64,000 nt of DNA from Cyanobacteria bacterium J06581_3. GTDB taxonomy: Bacteria; Cyanobacteriota; Cyanobacteriia; Phormidesmidales; Phormidesmidaceae. Position 1 is the stretch's first letter, and the number at the start of each line of letters is the position of its first letter. Below the pieces are notes generated by a model. That model was not told the origin of the DNA and did not search any database. It worked only from the letters and a program-made list of their open reading frames with translations. A program made the position numbers and the translations under genes. Shown here in pieces: positions 1 through 9,559 of this stretch. The stretch is from assembly GCA_038531675.1 (NCBI GenBank), contig JBCBBK010000008.1, forward strand, positions 30,483-94,482, read 5' to 3'.

Positions 1-160
1 CATTCCCTTTACCAATCAGGCGATAGTTCTGCCTTTCTTCATCTGAACCATGGGTCAAGCGTGGGTACCAAGACAGGGGAACCGCAATCGTTCGACCATC
101 AGACAAGTCAACGCTCAAGGTTTCATCGTCAATGTGCAACGTTTGAATCAATATGGACAT
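1..160 (-). CDS. DUF2442-family protein, runs off the left edge; N-terminus possibly truncated
   Basis: Manual minus-strand translation from ATG at 160: MSILIQTLHIDDETLSVDLSDGRTIAVPLSWYPRLTHGSDEERQNYRLIGKGN. The LSVDLSDGRTIAVPLSWYPRL motif is typical of DUF2442. Not in the ORF track. Confidence 0.8.
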   Translation of the reverse strand, partial: MSILIQTLHIDDETLSVDLSDGRTIAVPLSWYPRLTHGSDEERQNYRLIGKGN

Positions 161-230
161 GGGGCGGTTCATCACGATCTCCAGCGTAGCAAAAGAATCG
201 GTATGGCCCAATTTTCAAAAGCGTAGGCAT
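129..230 (-). pseudogene. Truncated DUF4160-family gene (33 aa)
   Basis: Manual translation MPTLLKIGPYRFFCYAGDRDEPPHVHIDSNVAH*. This is a DUF4160-type N-terminus with the EPPHVH motif, stopping early and overlapping the DUF2442 frame. Confidence 0.75.
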
Positions 231-345
231 CTCTGTCGAGCCTATTATAGTGAACGTACTGTGATCTTACATCCTGTGGAACATTACCTGGAAAAGCTGG
301 TGGATACAGCTGTAGAGAAGGCAAAAGATTTGGGGCTAGAGGTCA

Positions 346-570
346 ATGATTCAATTCAAATATCGAGTTAACATCGCCTGGTCCGAATCGGATGACTGCT
401 ACATCGTAGAACTGCCAGAATTTGCTACTGAAATTCAGCGCTACTTTACTCACGGTAATACCTATCAAGAAGCGCTCGACAACGCTCAAGAAGTCTTAGA
501 GCTACTCGTCGAAAGCTACAAGGGAGAAGGACGAGAGCTACCTAAGCCACAAACGCTACAAGCAGCGTAA
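346..570 (+). CDS. hicB: HicB-family antitoxin (74 aa)
   Basis: YRVNIAWSESDDCYIVELPEF...THGNTYQEALDNAQEVLELLVESY...GRELPKP matches the HicB RNase H-like pattern. Confidence 0.85.
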   Translation: MIQFKYRVNIAWSESDDCYIVELPEFATEIQRYFTHGNTYQEALDNAQEVLELLVESYKGEGRELPKPQTLQAA

Positions 571-677
571 ATGACAGTAAAAAGCGGACGTTTGCGACTA
601 TGCCTGTCATACCAAACAACAAGAGACAGACTTTCGCCTGCCTCTAAATTATTTATTGCTTTTCACAGTAATCAAAT

Positions 678-1040
678 CTACTGATAGCGCAGATTATTAT
701 GGTCAATCCAGCCACCTTCATGCACATTGCGCGGGTCGTGGTGCGTCCAGTGAATCAGCCCACCGCGATCATTCCACTCGTATTCGCCTTTTACTGAAAC
801 GCGATCGCCCACCTGCAATCCATCAATCCTCGGTGCCAAATCAATATTGTGCACCACCAGCACCGTCTGCCCACTAGCCACACGAATAATAAACCGCTGA
901 TGCCGCGACCCTTCCAGATCATCCGATAGCACCCGCTCCACCGTACCTACAACATTCTGGACAATGACGTCCGACTGGCGATTTTGATAGGCGTTGAGTA
1001 CCTGCTGACTCCCATCCGCCCGGCCATAGTCCTTTTGCAA
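678..1040 (-). CDS. DUF3465-family protein; start uncertain
   Basis: V..VLSDDLEGSRHQRFIIRVASGQTVLVVHNIDLAPRI...GEYEWNDRGGLIHWTHHDP...HEGGWI is the DUF3465 signature. No in-frame ATG upstream. Confidence 0.8.
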   Translation of the reverse strand: MQKDYGRADGSQQVLNAYQNRQSDVIVQNVVGTVERVLSDDLEGSRHQRFIIRVASGQTVLVVHNIDLAPRIDGLQVGDRVSVKGEYEWNDRGGLIHWTHHDPRNVHEGGWIDHNNLRYQ

Positions 1041-1439
1041 AGTGGCTGTTTCAGAAGCCCGTCGCCACAGACGCCAGGCTAATTGGCGAGGGGGTAATCA
1101 GCATCGCAACTAACGACAGCGGCACAATCATGGCAAGAAGCACAATATCAACTTCCTTGAGTCTGTCATAGCAGACATACCTGGCGCTTGGCGATAATCA
1201 CCTATATTTGAAAAAAGGGCAGACATTCACCTACCAATGATTTCAGATTCCAGACTACGGACATACTTGTAATAAACAATCAGATTTTAGGTAGTATTTC
1301 CACTCAATAAGGGTTGCAGTCTAGCTAACGGTAGAAGCGGAAGATTCGAGATTGCGTTTGCCGGGCCGGGCATAATTTACTGTACGTCTGCGAACACGGC
1401 GTAGTGGCGCAGTTCTATAGTTTCAGGAAAAGCAGCGAG

Positions 1440-2732
1440 ATGTCAGAAGAAAATACGTCTTCGTCCAATCCGACGCAGAAAAAAGGTTGGTGGAAATCGT
1501 CATTAGCTACGGTAGGAAGCACCGCTGCGAGCATCGGAAAAACGACTACTCAAGCAAGTACAGGCGTTCTAAATGCAACAGGTAGTGCCACTAACTTCAT
1601 CGGAAATAAGGTTGTTGAAAGTACTCAAGCTGTAACAGGAAAAGTTAAAAGTGCAACAGGAACTACTACCAATGCTGTAGTTAAAGGAAGCCAAATTGTT
1701 TCAACAGCAACGGTCAACGCTGCTAACTTTGTTGGCAATACCACAGTAAAAGCAGGAAAATCAGTTGCGTCTACGACTGCTGAGATTAGCACAGTTGCAG
1801 GTTCTGCGACTATAGGGGCTACTACCGGAATCGGCAGTCTTATCGGAGCTCTTGACAAAAACCCACAGGTAGAAAAAATAGCCGCATTACTGAAAGTAGA
1901 TGCGCTGTTACCGCTTCTCGACAAGGTAAATATTGTCAAAGCTAAAGCTCAGGTCGAATTACTTCAACAACAGTATCCAAACGATACGCCTAAACAGATC
2001 GCTCATCGTATTATGATGAAAAAAGCACTTCTTGTGGGTGGATCTGGTGCAGTTGCTAGTATGGCTCCAGGAGTAGCTGCACCTCTGTTCGCAGTTGACC
2101 TATCTGCAAATATCGCTACCCAAGCGGAAATGCTCTATCAGATTGCGGGTGCTTATGGATTAAACCTGCAAGATCCCGCAAGAAAAGGCGAAATCATAGG
2201 TATCTTTGGGTTAGTCTTTGGTGGTAAGTACGCTATTAAAACAGGTTTGCAGTTAGTAATGCGTAACGTTCCAGTTGCTGGAGCCGTTGTTGGCGCAGGC
2301 ACAAACGCTGCGACACTCTACGCTACAGGACATATGGCTTGTAGTTTCTATGAGCGTAAAACTGTTTCTTCTTGTCTTACAGTGCCTGTAAAACGAGAAG
2401 AGGAAGAGGATTGCTTTGAATCAGCATTCAAACAGCAACTTCTCATGGATCAAGTCTTAATCCATATGTTCATAGCGGAAGAAAAATCGAGAACCTGGAA
2501 AAATATCAAGGTTTCGTTAGATAATTTCAATCTCAGTACATCTTCAGTTGAAGCAATCTCATCGCTACCTAAATTACCTTCAATAGAAGACCTGTTAGAC
2601 GAGCTCGACAAGTATTTTGCACAGTCACTGCTATCACAGTGCGAACAGATTGCTCATGCAGATGGTGTACTAACTACAGAAGAGTCCCGTATTATCCAAC
2701 TAATTGAACAAAAACTAGAAACTGTCCATTAA
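1440..2732 (+). CDS. EcsC/DUF697-like protein with Thr/Gly/Ala-rich N-terminus and TerB-like C-terminus
   Basis: Central AEMLYQIAGAYGL..DPARKGEIIGIFGL...VPVAGAVVGAGTNA is EcsC-like; C-terminal IAHADGVLTTEESRII is TerB-like. ATG at 1440 preferred over GTG at 1404. Confidence 0.7.
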   Translation: MSEENTSSSNPTQKKGWWKSSLATVGSTAASIGKTTTQASTGVLNATGSATNFIGNKVVESTQAVTGKVKSATGTTTNAVVKGSQIVSTATVNAANFVGNTTVKAGKSVASTTAEISTVAGSATIGATTGIGSLIGALDKNPQVEKIAALLKVDALLPLLDKVNIVKAKAQVELLQQQYPNDTPKQIAHRIMMKKALLVGGSGAVASMAPGVAAPLFAVDLSANIATQAEMLYQIAGAYGLNLQDPARKGEIIGIFGLVFGGKYAIKTGLQLVMRNVPVAGAVVGAGTNAATLYATGHMACSFYERKTVSSCLTVPVKREEEEDCFESAFKQQLLMDQVLIHMFIAEEKSRTWKNIKVSLDNFNLSTSSVEAISSLPKLPSIEDLLDELDKYFAQSLLSQCEQIAHADGVLTTEESRIIQLIEQKLETVH

Positions 2733-2987
2733 GAGAGAAATAATCAGATTCAATCAGACCCTCGACCTTAAAGGATTGATCAAACTCCCTGACTTTTTAG
2801 ATGAAGGCGCAATGACCTCCAAGATGTCCCCAGATATTGGCACAGTCGCAGGTGCCGTTGTCGTAGGCTACAACGAAAGCAACCGCCGCGAGGTGTACTT
2901 GAGTGCAAAGCCCAGCTGCTTACATAAGGTGCTTGTACCGCTAAAAGTAGCTGCTTTGGCCAACTAGAGCACATAAAACCATCAATA

Positions 2988-3020
2988 GAAAAGGGATAGG
3001 CGGAAAGCCTATCCCTTTTC
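2988..3020. terminator. Intrinsic terminator downstream of chlH, probably bidirectional
   Basis: 14-bp stem gaaaagggataggc / gcctatcccttttc with a 5-nt loop. Confidence 0.85.
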
Positions 3021-3049
3021 TCTATCTAGCGACTGAGGAGGGAAGCACT

Positions 3050-6000
3050 CTACTCAACGCCCTCAATCCGGTTCTCCACTTCCTCGTACAGCTCCTGCAA
3101 ACGCTCAATGTTCTCGTCACTGGTCTCCCAGTAGCCGCGACCGTTCACTTCCAGTAGCGTTGTCACCATCCGGCGGAAAGAATTCGGGTTCAAGTCCATC
3201 AGCCGTTTGCACATTTCAGGATCGTTAATGAACGTGTCATTCGTATCCTCATACACCCAGTTATCCACTGCATCAGCTGTTGCCGACCAGCCCATGGTAT
3301 TCACCAAACGGTTAGAGAGTTCACGTACGCCTTCGTAGCCGTTAGAGAGCATGCCCTCGTACCACTTGGGGTTCAGCAGCTTTGTGCGAGCATCCAGGCG
3401 GACAGTTTCAGAGAGCGATCGCACCTGAGCATTCGCCGTCGTGGTATCCGCCACAAACGAAGTCGGCTTCTTACCATCATCTCTCAGGCTCGCCACCACC
3501 TTCGTCGGGTCAGAGTCAAAATAATGCGACACATCCGTCAGCGAAATCTCCGAAGAATCCAGGTTCTGGAACGTCACATCCGCCGTCTTAAGTGAAGATT
3601 CCAAAATGCCACGAGACTGTTCCATCATCCCCGGATTGTCACAGTTAAAGGCAAAAGACTTCCGCGCCAAATACATATCACGCAACTCCTGCTCTTCTTC
3701 CCAGCTGCTGTTCTCCACAGCCAGGTTCACATTCGCCGCATACGACCCAGACGCATTAGAGAAAATGCGAGTCGCCGCATCCCGCAGAGACATGCCAAAC
3801 TCTTCAGCCTGAGCCAGTGCATGCTTCCGCACAAAGTTCATCTCCAGCGGCTCTTCTGCCTCAGCAGCCATCTTCACTGCTCTATCCAGCAGCGCCATCT
3901 GGTTCACAAACAAATCTCGGAATACACCAGAGCAGTTAATGACGACATCTACCCGAGGGCGACCCAGCTCTTCTAATGGAATCAGCTCCAGCTTATTCAT
4001 CCGTCCCAAAGAATCTGGCACGGGTTTTACGCCTACAAACCACATCATCTGCGCCAGCGACTCACCGTAGGTTTTGATGTTGTCAGTCCCCCACAGCACC
4101 GCTGCAATCGTCTCAGGGTAAGCCCCGTCGTTCTCAGCCTTCTGCCGATCGAGCAAGCGATCTACAACAATCTTCGCCGATTGCACCGCCGCAGAGGTCG
4201 GAATCGACTGAGGGTCTAGCGCGTGAATGTTCTTGCCGGTAGGCAACACATCCGGGTTACGGATAGGGTCACCACCAGGCCCCGGCAAAATATACTCACC
4301 GTCCAAAGCACTCAGTAGCGCAGATAGCTCATTGTCTTTTACAACCTGTTCCAGGCAGTACTGCAAAAACTCAAACAGCGGCTTCAGCGCGTCATTTTCA
4401 ACAGACTTGTAGCCCAGGTCATGAATCGCCTTTGTCCAGGGATCTTTTGCACCACCAAAGTTAAAGACAGACAGCATCGACTTCATCGACACTCGGCCAT
4501 CGTCATTCAGCTGAGCTTCTACCATCGCAGTTACCGCCGCGCGTACCGCCGCGTTGATGTCATACAGCAGCTGTACATCTTCCAGGTCACCGCGATCGCT
4601 GCTCTTGTAAATCTGGTCAATGTCACGACCAATACTCTCAGCAATAATGCGCTGCAAACTCTTCTGTTCTTCTTCTGCTCGGTCCAGGCCAGCAATGTTA
4701 ACCAGGGTAGCGATCGCTTCCTCAGCCGTCGGCGGCTCACCCACCACATGCAATCCACAAGGCAACAAACGAGACTCAATCTCCATCAGCTTGATGTAGA
4801 CCTTACCCACCAGCGTATCGCGCTCTTCCTTACTCAGCCCGCTCGCATCTTCCCCAGGCAGCTCAATATCCTTATCCAGATTCACCTGACGCGCCTTTTC
4901 AACAATCGCGTTCACAATCGGCAAACCCCGACCGCCTTCCTTTAGCGTCTGGTAAGACCCAATCAGCTCACTCAGCTCCTTCAGCCCCTTGTAGAGTCCG
5001 GCATTCTCAGCAGGCGGCGTCAGATAGCTAATCGTATTCGCATAGCCCCGACGCTTCGCAATCGTTGCCTCAGAGGGATTGTTCGCCGCGTAGTAATACA
5101 GGTTTGGCGTATTACCAATCAGGCTATCGGGATAGCACTTACTGCTCATCCCCATCTGCTTACCCGGCATAAACTCCAAAGACCCATGGGTACCAAAGTG
5201 CAGCACCGCATCCGCCTTCCAAATCTTCTCCAAGTAAGTGTAGTAAGCCGCAAAGCCATGGTGCGGACTCGCAGAGCGAGAGAACAACAGCCGCATCGGG
5301 TCGCCCTCATAGCCAAACGTCGGCTGCACCCCAATGAACAAATTTCCGAACGCCTTGCCATACACCAACAGGTTTTGACCATCTGTATTCAGCTGTCCTG
5401 GCGGCGGTCCCCAGTTCTCCTCCAATCTCTCGGAATAAGGCGTCAGCTCTTCATACTCCGCCACCGACATCTTGTGAGCAATGTTCAAGTTCGGGCTGTT
5501 GTACTGCGCCTGCGCGTCATTAATCACCAGCTGCATCAGTTCTTCAGCATTCTCAGGCATCTTGTCAATCGTGTAGCCCTGTTTCTTCATCTCTTCCATT
5601 ACCCGGAAGATAGAACCAAACACATTCAAGTACGCCGCCGTACCCACATTCCCCTTATCCGGCGGAAAGCTAAACACCGTAATCGCCAGCTTCTTATCCA
5701 CACGAGGCAGCTTCCGCAACCGTGCCCACTTCAGCGCCCGCGTCGAAATCGCCTCCACCCGATCTTGCAGCGTAATCGCCCGGCCCGTCATTCCATCCCG
5801 GCCAGACATAATAATCGGCTCAATCGCCCCATCCAGCTCAGGAATTGCCATCTGCAACGCCACCTGCACAGGGTGCAAGCCCAAATCACTCGCCTCCCAC
5901 TCTTCTGTCGTCTGAAATACCAAAGGCAGAGACACCATGTAAGGACGGTTTAGCCTTTGCAGCGACTCAATTGCCTTAGGATGATCCTGACGCGCCGGGC

Positions 6001-7051
6001 CACCCACCAGGGCAAATCCAGTCAAAGAAACAACAGAATCGACAATCGCCTCACTCGGCTTCAGCGGATCGTAAAAGTACTTATCTACCGGCTTAGAGAA
6101 GTCCAGCCCACCTGCAAACACAGGAATCACCTTTGCACCCAGGTACTCCAGCTCCTGAACGATGGACACATAGTGAGCCTCATCGCCAGTCACTAGGTGA
6201 GTACGCTGCAACACAATACCCACACAAGGGGCCAGCGAATTGCGAGAGATTTCAGGCAGGTCCGTCCGCGAGTCGTACCAGTTCAGATACTCGCGAATAT
6301 CCTCAAACATCTCAGGTGCCAGCGGATGCCAAATCCCCATATCGGGATAGGTCACCGGCTGCTCAAAGGTCAGCGGATCGTCGTTGGGCGCACCGTCGAC
6401 ATCAACTTCAGTGAGCACATACTGATCGGCCAGCATCAGCAAAAAGTTTTCCAGGTTCTCGGCAGAACCACCCAGCCAATACTGAAAGCTCAGCATAAAG
6501 TTGCGAGCATCCTGCGCCTTTTCTACCGGCAAATACTTCAGCACCTTCGGCAGCGTCCGCAGCAGCTTCAGCATGGCATCTTCAAAGCCACTGCCCTGCT
6601 TCTGGCGGCGCTTTTTCATAAATTCGCCAATCACGCTCTTCGACTGGCCCAGCTGGGCCATCGAGAACTTGCCCATCTTGTTCAGGCGCATTACCTGGGG
6701 CATAGAGGGGAACACCACCGCCGCATCCAGCTGTTCGCGTATCGGCTTCACCGCCGCTTCCACCTTGTCCGCCAGCTCATCAATAAAAATCAGCGAACCG
6801 ATGAAGATATTGGCCTCGGCCACGTCTTTCTTAAAGGCTTCGTAGTTTTCTTCGTTGCGTAGCTCTTCAATCAAATAGCCGCTCAGCTCCACAGCTATTT
6901 GAGAATTTTCGGTATTGATAGTGCGGGCGGCGGCGGATAGGGAGCTTTGGTACTGGGGCTCCAGAACGACATAAACCACCTTGACGAGGGAGCGGCTTCC
7001 TAGCTCCTCTGGCACGACGTGTCTTACGGTGGGTCGAACTTGGGTGAACAT
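3050..7051 (-). CDS. chlH: Magnesium chelatase subunit H
   Basis: [11 protein letters not shown] start at ATG 7051 (track extends to 7135). CobN/ChlH motifs [16 protein letters not shown] and [12 protein letters not shown]; 1333 aa. Confidence 0.97.
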   Translation of the reverse strand: MFTQVRPTVRHVVPEELGSRSLVKVVYVVLEPQYQSSLSAAARTINTENSQIAVELSGYLIEELRNEENYEAFKKDVAEANIFIGSLIFIDELADKVEAAVKPIREQLDAAVVFPSMPQVMRLNKMGKFSMAQLGQSKSVIGEFMKKRRQKQGSGFEDAMLKLLRTLPKVLKYLPVEKAQDARNFMLSFQYWLGGSAENLENFLLMLADQYVLTEVDVDGAPNDDPLTFEQPVTYPDMGIWHPLAPEMFEDIREYLNWYDSRTDLPEISRNSLAPCVGIVLQRTHLVTGDEAHYVSIVQELEYLGAKVIPVFAGGLDFSKPVDKYFYDPLKPSEAIVDSVVSLTGFALVGGPARQDHPKAIESLQRLNRPYMVSLPLVFQTTEEWEASDLGLHPVQVALQMAIPELDGAIEPIIMSGRDGMTGRAITLQDRVEAISTRALKWARLRKLPRVDKKLAITVFSFPPDKGNVGTAAYLNVFGSIFRVMEEMKKQGYTIDKMPENAEELMQLVINDAQAQYNSPNLNIAHKMSVAEYEELTPYSERLEENWGPPPGQLNTDGQNLLVYGKAFGNLFIGVQPTFGYEGDPMRLLFSRSASPHHGFAAYYTYLEKIWKADAVLHFGTHGSLEFMPGKQMGMSSKCYPDSLIGNTPNLYYYAANNPSEATIAKRRGYANTISYLTPPAENAGLYKGLKELSELIGSYQTLKEGGRGLPIVNAIVEKARQVNLDKDIELPGEDASGLSKEERDTLVGKVYIKLMEIESRLLPCGLHVVGEPPTAEEAIATLVNIAGLDRAEEEQKSLQRIIAESIGRDIDQIYKSSDRGDLEDVQLLYDINAAVRAAVTAMVEAQLNDDGRVSMKSMLSVFNFGGAKDPWTKAIHDLGYKSVENDALKPLFEFLQYCLEQVVKDNELSALLSALDGEYILPGPGGDPIRNPDVLPTGKNIHALDPQSIPTSAAVQSAKIVVDRLLDRQKAENDGAYPETIAAVLWGTDNIKTYGESLAQMMWFVGVKPVPDSLGRMNKLELIPLEELGRPRVDVVINCSGVFRDLFVNQMALLDRAVKMAAEAEEPLEMNFVRKHALAQAEEFGMSLRDAATRIFSNASGSYAANVNLAVENSSWEEEQELRDMYLARKSFAFNCDNPGMMEQSRGILESSLKTADVTFQNLDSSEISLTDVSHYFDSDPTKVVASLRDDGKKPTSFVADTTTANAQVRSLSETVRLDARTKLLNPKWYEGMLSNGYEGVRELSNRLVNTMGWSATADAVDNWVYEDTNDTFINDPEMCKRLMDLNPNSFRRMVTTLLEVNGRGYWETSDENIERLQELYEEVENRIEGVE

Positions 7052-7520
7052 TCGTGTGAACTCCGGGGTGAGATGTCTGCTACTGCTGCTGCCAGCTTCT
7101 ATCTTGAAATGAATCAAGGATGAGAAGTGGAACAAAAGGGTTTTGCGAACAACTGTTTACATCTGTTTGCACAGGCAAATAAATGTTTGCAAAAATATGG
7201 AATCGAGATCTATAGATCTTTTGACATACCACTATGGGCTTTCATGACTGTATTAAGTTGTATCAGAAAAGCTATGTACACAAAGGGATAGGCCTGATTT
7301 GTGACACAAATTGACACATTACTTTCTACGCTGCGAGCAGAAGCATTTTTGTGCTAATTCAACCAAAGCAATTACCTATCATTGGCATAAGGTAAACCTA
7401 TGGCATTGACTTTTTCCCAGTTGAGGTCTAATGCCAATCTCAGTCAGAAAGCTAAAAAAGAGTGCCCGAAATCTGCAAGGCTAGAGCTATTGAAGTATTC
7501 GCTCACAAGGACGTCATGCT

Positions 7521-8453
7521 ATGCGGGTTTTGGTTATCGGGGGCACTCGGTTTATTGGTGTGTATCTCACGAAGCAGCTGGTAGCGCAGGGCCATGAGGT
7601 GACATTGCTGAATCGGGGGAATCATCCAGCCCCGGTGGATGGAGTGGAAAGTATTGTGTGCGATCGCACCAACCCCACCGCCCTCAAAGCCACCCTAACT
7701 GGCAAATCCTTCGACGCCATCTTCGACAACAACGGTCGCGAACTCGCCCACACTCAACCCCTCGCCGACCTGTTCAAAGACTCACTCCAGCACTTCATCT
7801 ACGTCAGCTCCGCAGGCGTTTACGCCAAAAGCGACCAAATGCCCCATGCCGAAGGCGACCCAGTAGACCCAAACAGTCGCCACAAAGGTAAGTTCCACAC
7901 CGAAGACTATCTAAAGAAGCAAGGCATTCCCCTCACGGCCATTCGCCCCGTCTATATATATGGACCGCAAAACTACAACCCATTGGAGCAGTGGTTCTTT
8001 GATCGGATTGTGCGCGATCGCCCCATTCCCATCCCCGGTAGCGGCATGGCCCTTACCCACCTTGGCCACTGCCAAGATCTCGCTACTGCCATGGTCAGCA
8101 TCCTCGGCAACCCCAAAGCCATCGGCCAAATCTACAACATCTCCGGCAATAAAGCCGTCACATTCGATGGCCTCGCCAAAGCCGCCGCAACAGCCATCGG
8201 CAAAGACCCTAATGCCCTCAAAATCGTCCACTATAACCCCAAAAACTTCGACTTTGGCAAGAAAAAAGCCTTCCCAATGCGAGTCCAACACTTCTTCACC
8301 GACATCAGCAAAGCTAAGGCAGAGCTAAACTGGCAGCCACAATTCAATCTAGTCGAAGGTCTTAAAGATTCCTACACAAACGACTATCTTGCTGACGGGA
8401 AGCACCAAGTCGAAGTAGATTTCTCCCTAGATGAACAAATTCTGAAAGGCTAG
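7521..8453 (+). CDS. NAD-dependent epimerase/dehydratase family, CSP41b-like RNA-binding protein
   Basis: GGTRFIG Rossmann motif, SSAGVY, RPVYIYGP, FGKKKAFPMRVQHFF. Confidence 0.85.
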   Translation: MRVLVIGGTRFIGVYLTKQLVAQGHEVTLLNRGNHPAPVDGVESIVCDRTNPTALKATLTGKSFDAIFDNNGRELAHTQPLADLFKDSLQHFIYVSSAGVYAKSDQMPHAEGDPVDPNSRHKGKFHTEDYLKKQGIPLTAIRPVYIYGPQNYNPLEQWFFDRIVRDRPIPIPGSGMALTHLGHCQDLATAMVSILGNPKAIGQIYNISGNKAVTFDGLAKAAATAIGKDPNALKIVHYNPKNFDFGKKKAFPMRVQHFFTDISKAKAELNWQPQFNLVEGLKDSYTNDYLADGKHQVEVDFSLDEQILKG

Positions 8454-8546
8454 ACAATATAGGGATAGCGAGGCTTTTCGACTGAAAGCGCTTGTATACT
8501 AGAGTTAGCCATTTGATAAAACTCTACTCAGAAAGGCACTTACGTT

Positions 8547-8822
8547 ATGGTTAAGGTTTTCAGCTATGGAAACGTCACCGTACAAGTCCTCACCAGAAAT
8601 GAACACGCGCCACCCCATGTACATGTCGTTTCTCCAGACTATTCAGTAGAGCTAGACATCTCAAAGCCAGAAATCGTTGTAAAGCCTCCATCAAAGAAAG
8701 CGCGAGTGAAAAACAATTCTAGATTCGTTAAAGAAGCGATAGAACAGGTAACCGCTCGTAGAGAAGATTGCAAAAATATTTGGAAGCAGTACGTCAACAA
8801 AGGAACCTTTAGTGATGATTAA
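8547..8822 (+). CDS. DUF4160-family protein (putative TA component)
   Basis: RNEHAPPHVHV motif; 91 aa; overlaps the start of the downstream DUF2442-like gene. Confidence 0.75.
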   Translation: MVKVFSYGNVTVQVLTRNEHAPPHVHVVSPDYSVELDISKPEIVVKPPSKKARVKNNSRFVKEAIEQVTARREDCKNIWKQYVNKGTFSDD

Positions 8823-9117
8823 AGAAGTCCAATACTTGCCTATCAGTCGAGAAGTTGAGGTTCTATTGTCAGACGGTTCGCGGCACGCCTGGCGTGTAGA
8901 CGACCTGGAAATGCTCTCAAATGTTGACGGTAATATTCTGCCGCTACCGGCACCCAACAGAGAACAGCTTCTTGATGTTATTCCTTATGGTGGTGGTGCC
9001 TATCTCTACTGGCCTCAAATAGAGCAGATGTTTGAGCTAGATGCACTATTGAACGGTGTATATGGCCGTGAAAGCTGGATGGAAAAGCTCAGAACGAAAG
9101 CAGCGGCTCTGTCGTAG
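8812..9117 (+). CDS. DUF2442-family protein (putative TA component)
   Basis: EVLLSDGSRHAW...YLYWPQIEQMFELDALLNG; GTG 8812 / ATG 8815 overlaps the DUF4160 stop. Confidence 0.7.
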   Translation: MMIKEVQYLPISREVEVLLSDGSRHAWRVDDLEMLSNVDGNILPLPAPNREQLLDVIPYGGGAYLYWPQIEQMFELDALLNGVYGRESWMEKLRTKAAALS

Positions 9118-9332
9118 AAATATAGATATCAGAAATAGCTGTGGCTTCAGCCTACTCAATACCTGATTCTACAAACGCCGGTTCGAGTTCATTCTCTACA
9201 TCGACTACGACCTACCATCTACCATAACAGTCTCAACACTAGCCTCTGTCTGTCCTACAACAACCTGCATGAAGTTCCAAGGTTCTGAAGTGGCCTACTA
9301 GCGAAGTGATGCCAACCATTTCTACGAATAGT

Positions 9333-9460
9333 GGCTGAGCGGAGTCGTTGGCGTAGCCTCTGCGTAGTAGATATGCCAGCCCGAAGCCTGGCGGCTGAGC
9401 GGAGCCGAAGCCAGGTGGCTGAGCGGAGCCGAAGCCAGGTGGCTGAGCGGAGCCGAAGCC
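9333..9460 (+). repeat. 24-bp tandem repeat GGCTGAGCGGAGCCGAAGCCAGGT: three units plus one interrupted unit
   Basis: Unit cores at 9393-9412, 9417-9436 and 9441-9460. An interrupted unit spans 9333-9388. Confidence 0.95.
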
Positions 9461-9464
9461 CACT

Positions 9465-9480
9465 GTTCGGTAACCCCCCC
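9465..9480 (+). promoter_or_regulatory. K-box-like element upstream of dnaK
   Basis: GTTCGG-TAAC-CCCCCC versus the cyanobacterial K-box consensus GTTCGG-NNAN-CCNNAC (one mismatch), about 80 nt before the dnaK ATG. Confidence 0.65.
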
Positions 9481-9559
9481 TTCAGCAAACCACCCCCCAT
9501 TGAGCACTATAGGGATAACCTTTTGAACACAGTATTCTTATTCCACTCGGAGCAAACAC

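Noticed and set aside
1040-1135. Possible frameshift at the G5 run (1090-1094) that would join a hydrophobic N-terminus to DUF3465
   Set aside because: The fused N-terminus is not a convincing signal peptide, and a TTG start is a simpler explanation. It cannot be decided without orthologs.
2776-2974. Overlapping 63-64 aa ORFs between the EcsC-like gene and the chlH terminator
   Set aside because: No recognisable motif in any frame I translated; treated as non-coding.
3382-6862. Long plus-strand ORFs antisense to chlH, and similar ORFs opposite secA, gyrA, lysC and ppk1
   Set aside because: These are shadow ORFs produced by biased codon usage of the real genes.
7155-7174. HLR1/RpaB-like repeat gtttacatct-gtttgcacag upstream of chlH
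   Set aside because: Several mismatches to the consensus; too weak to call without a PWM scan.
9175-9200. ggttcgagttc, resembling a tRNA T-loop
   Set aside because: No cloverleaf stems around it. I found no tRNA or rRNA gene in the window.
9333-9460. 24-bp repeats as a CRISPR array
   Set aside because: Units are head-to-tail with no unique spacers, and there are no cas genes.
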